Origin: Azolla caroliniana
Taxonomy: Eukaryota; Plantae; Polypodiophyta
Length of the DNA: 64,000 nt
Direction: 5' to 3'
Assembly (NCBI GenBank): GCA_043228905.1
Contig: JBHGNT010000020.1
Location: forward strand, 13,268,001-13,332,000
Both the position numbers and the translations under genes were made by a program. Under the pieces are notes generated by a model. That model saw nothing but the letters and a program-made list of their open reading frames with translations. It had not been told where the DNA came from and did not search any database. Position 1 is the stretch's first letter. Every line of letters begins with the position of its first letter. This document shows positions 62,901 to 64,000 of the stretch, in pieces.

Positions 62901-63474
62901 GTCAGGAAGACCTGCCAAAGTTTCACTAGCAAGGTTCCAATTGCCACCATATTCATGTACAACAGCACAGAAGACAGCATCCTCAGCTGACATCCATGGA
63001 TCTGCAGGAGGATTTTTGTCTCCAGACCTCAATGTGTCCTTCTTCTTCTCCTTGTCAAGCTTCACCAAATTCCTCGAATGTGTTGCTGTGATTGAAAAAC
63101 CACTAGATTTTCTGTCAGACACCAGAAACGGATAATCAAGTAGTGCCACCATTGATCTCTCATCTTCAGGTTCCTCTCCCATATCGTACTTGCCATAAAA
63201 ATCCACCCTCATCTTTTTCTTGTGGCTTTCACTGATGATTTCTTCCTCCAGATATTTTCTTTTCTTTTGAGAAACTTCACGGTCTGGCAAGGACGCAAAG
63301 AGCCCTACAGGGCTTTGCCATTCAATATCATCAATGGCCTCAGTTTCAAGTTCAATTGTTTCTTCATCCCTTGTGATGACATCGCCTCCTTTGAGAGATT
63401 TAAACTTGGCTTTCTTCCATTTGCTTCTAAATTCTGCAGAGCTCACTGTATCTGTTACAACTGTTTCATCCTCC
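59936..63474 (-). CDS. PIE1: PIE1/SWR1-like chromatin-remodelling ATPase, C-terminal exons 62754-63474, 62075-62643 and 59936-60869 (5' part outside the window)
   Basis: SANT/Myb-like domain WMSAEDAVFCAVVHEYGGNWNLASETL..GGLYRGRYRNPAHCRERFRQL, then LKVSE|DHISQLLDAVKELPDDEWLLQRHF, and upstream KKAKFKSLKGG, all resemble plant PIE1. GT-AG introns with consistent phases (0, then 2). Confidence 0.88.
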
Positions 63475-64000
63475 CTGTTAAAAACAGATCAATAAAATAA
63501 AGAAAGTGAGAAACAGCTGTTAGTCTACATGCTTGAATGAAACAACTGTATAGACTTTTTACAGACATATCTCAAACCATAACAAAATCAGATATTGAGA
63601 TCAAAGATTGCTATTTCAAAATAGTTCAGCATGCAGCATATTCAACTCAATACTTCATCTAACACCATTTCTGACATATGACACGCTTACAGCAGTACCA
63701 TCATGCTTGCTCATGAGCCTCCATACAACAATGAAAACTACATTGTAGGTTTTACTGTTTAATATCTTTGTCCTTTCTACCAAGTATTAGACATACATAC
63801 ATACTCAGAAGTTCAGAACAGCTGAAGCATATCAGAAATTGTCTACATTGTACAAATTGTAAACCAAAAAACTTGTCACATGGCTAATTTTTCCACAATC
63901 TTTGAGGACCAATATATTACCAGGAACTGGGCCCTAAAATATATTAATAACAAGTAAACACAAAAGTTTCTATCCAACTTCCATTTGACAAGCACCAATT

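Overview
Eukaryotic, TE-rich land-plant nuclear DNA. A seed-free plant such as a fern is inferred from the Tcn1-like chromovirus and the PPR debris. Four host genes are supported: a 3-exon A_thal_3526/TIGR01589-family gene with a GC-AG intron (7357-7864, +), a DUF1191 membrane protein (25010-26326, -), an OVATE-family protein (51394-53142, -), and the last three exons of a PIE1/SWR1 chromatin remodeller (59936-63474, -). Between them are a Trp-primed Gypsy nested in a LINE remnant, a very young chromovirus (apparent self-priming site, -1 frameshift signal) inserted in a PPR pseudogene, a very young Tnt1/Tork-like Copia, and an older Copia (37703-50681). The main finding lies inside the older Copia: five identical type I hammerhead ribozymes on the + strand, spaced about 1.8 kb apart, each just downstream of a TATA box in a ~620-690 bp direct repeat. 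The spacers between ribozymes alternate between a non-coding cargo and a captured 1.19 kb antisense piece of the host Copia gag-pol. This looks like a non-autonomous Penelope-like or retrozyme-like element that removed the Copia integrase core and then amplified together with host sequence. All calls are by eye; no database searches or folding programs were run.
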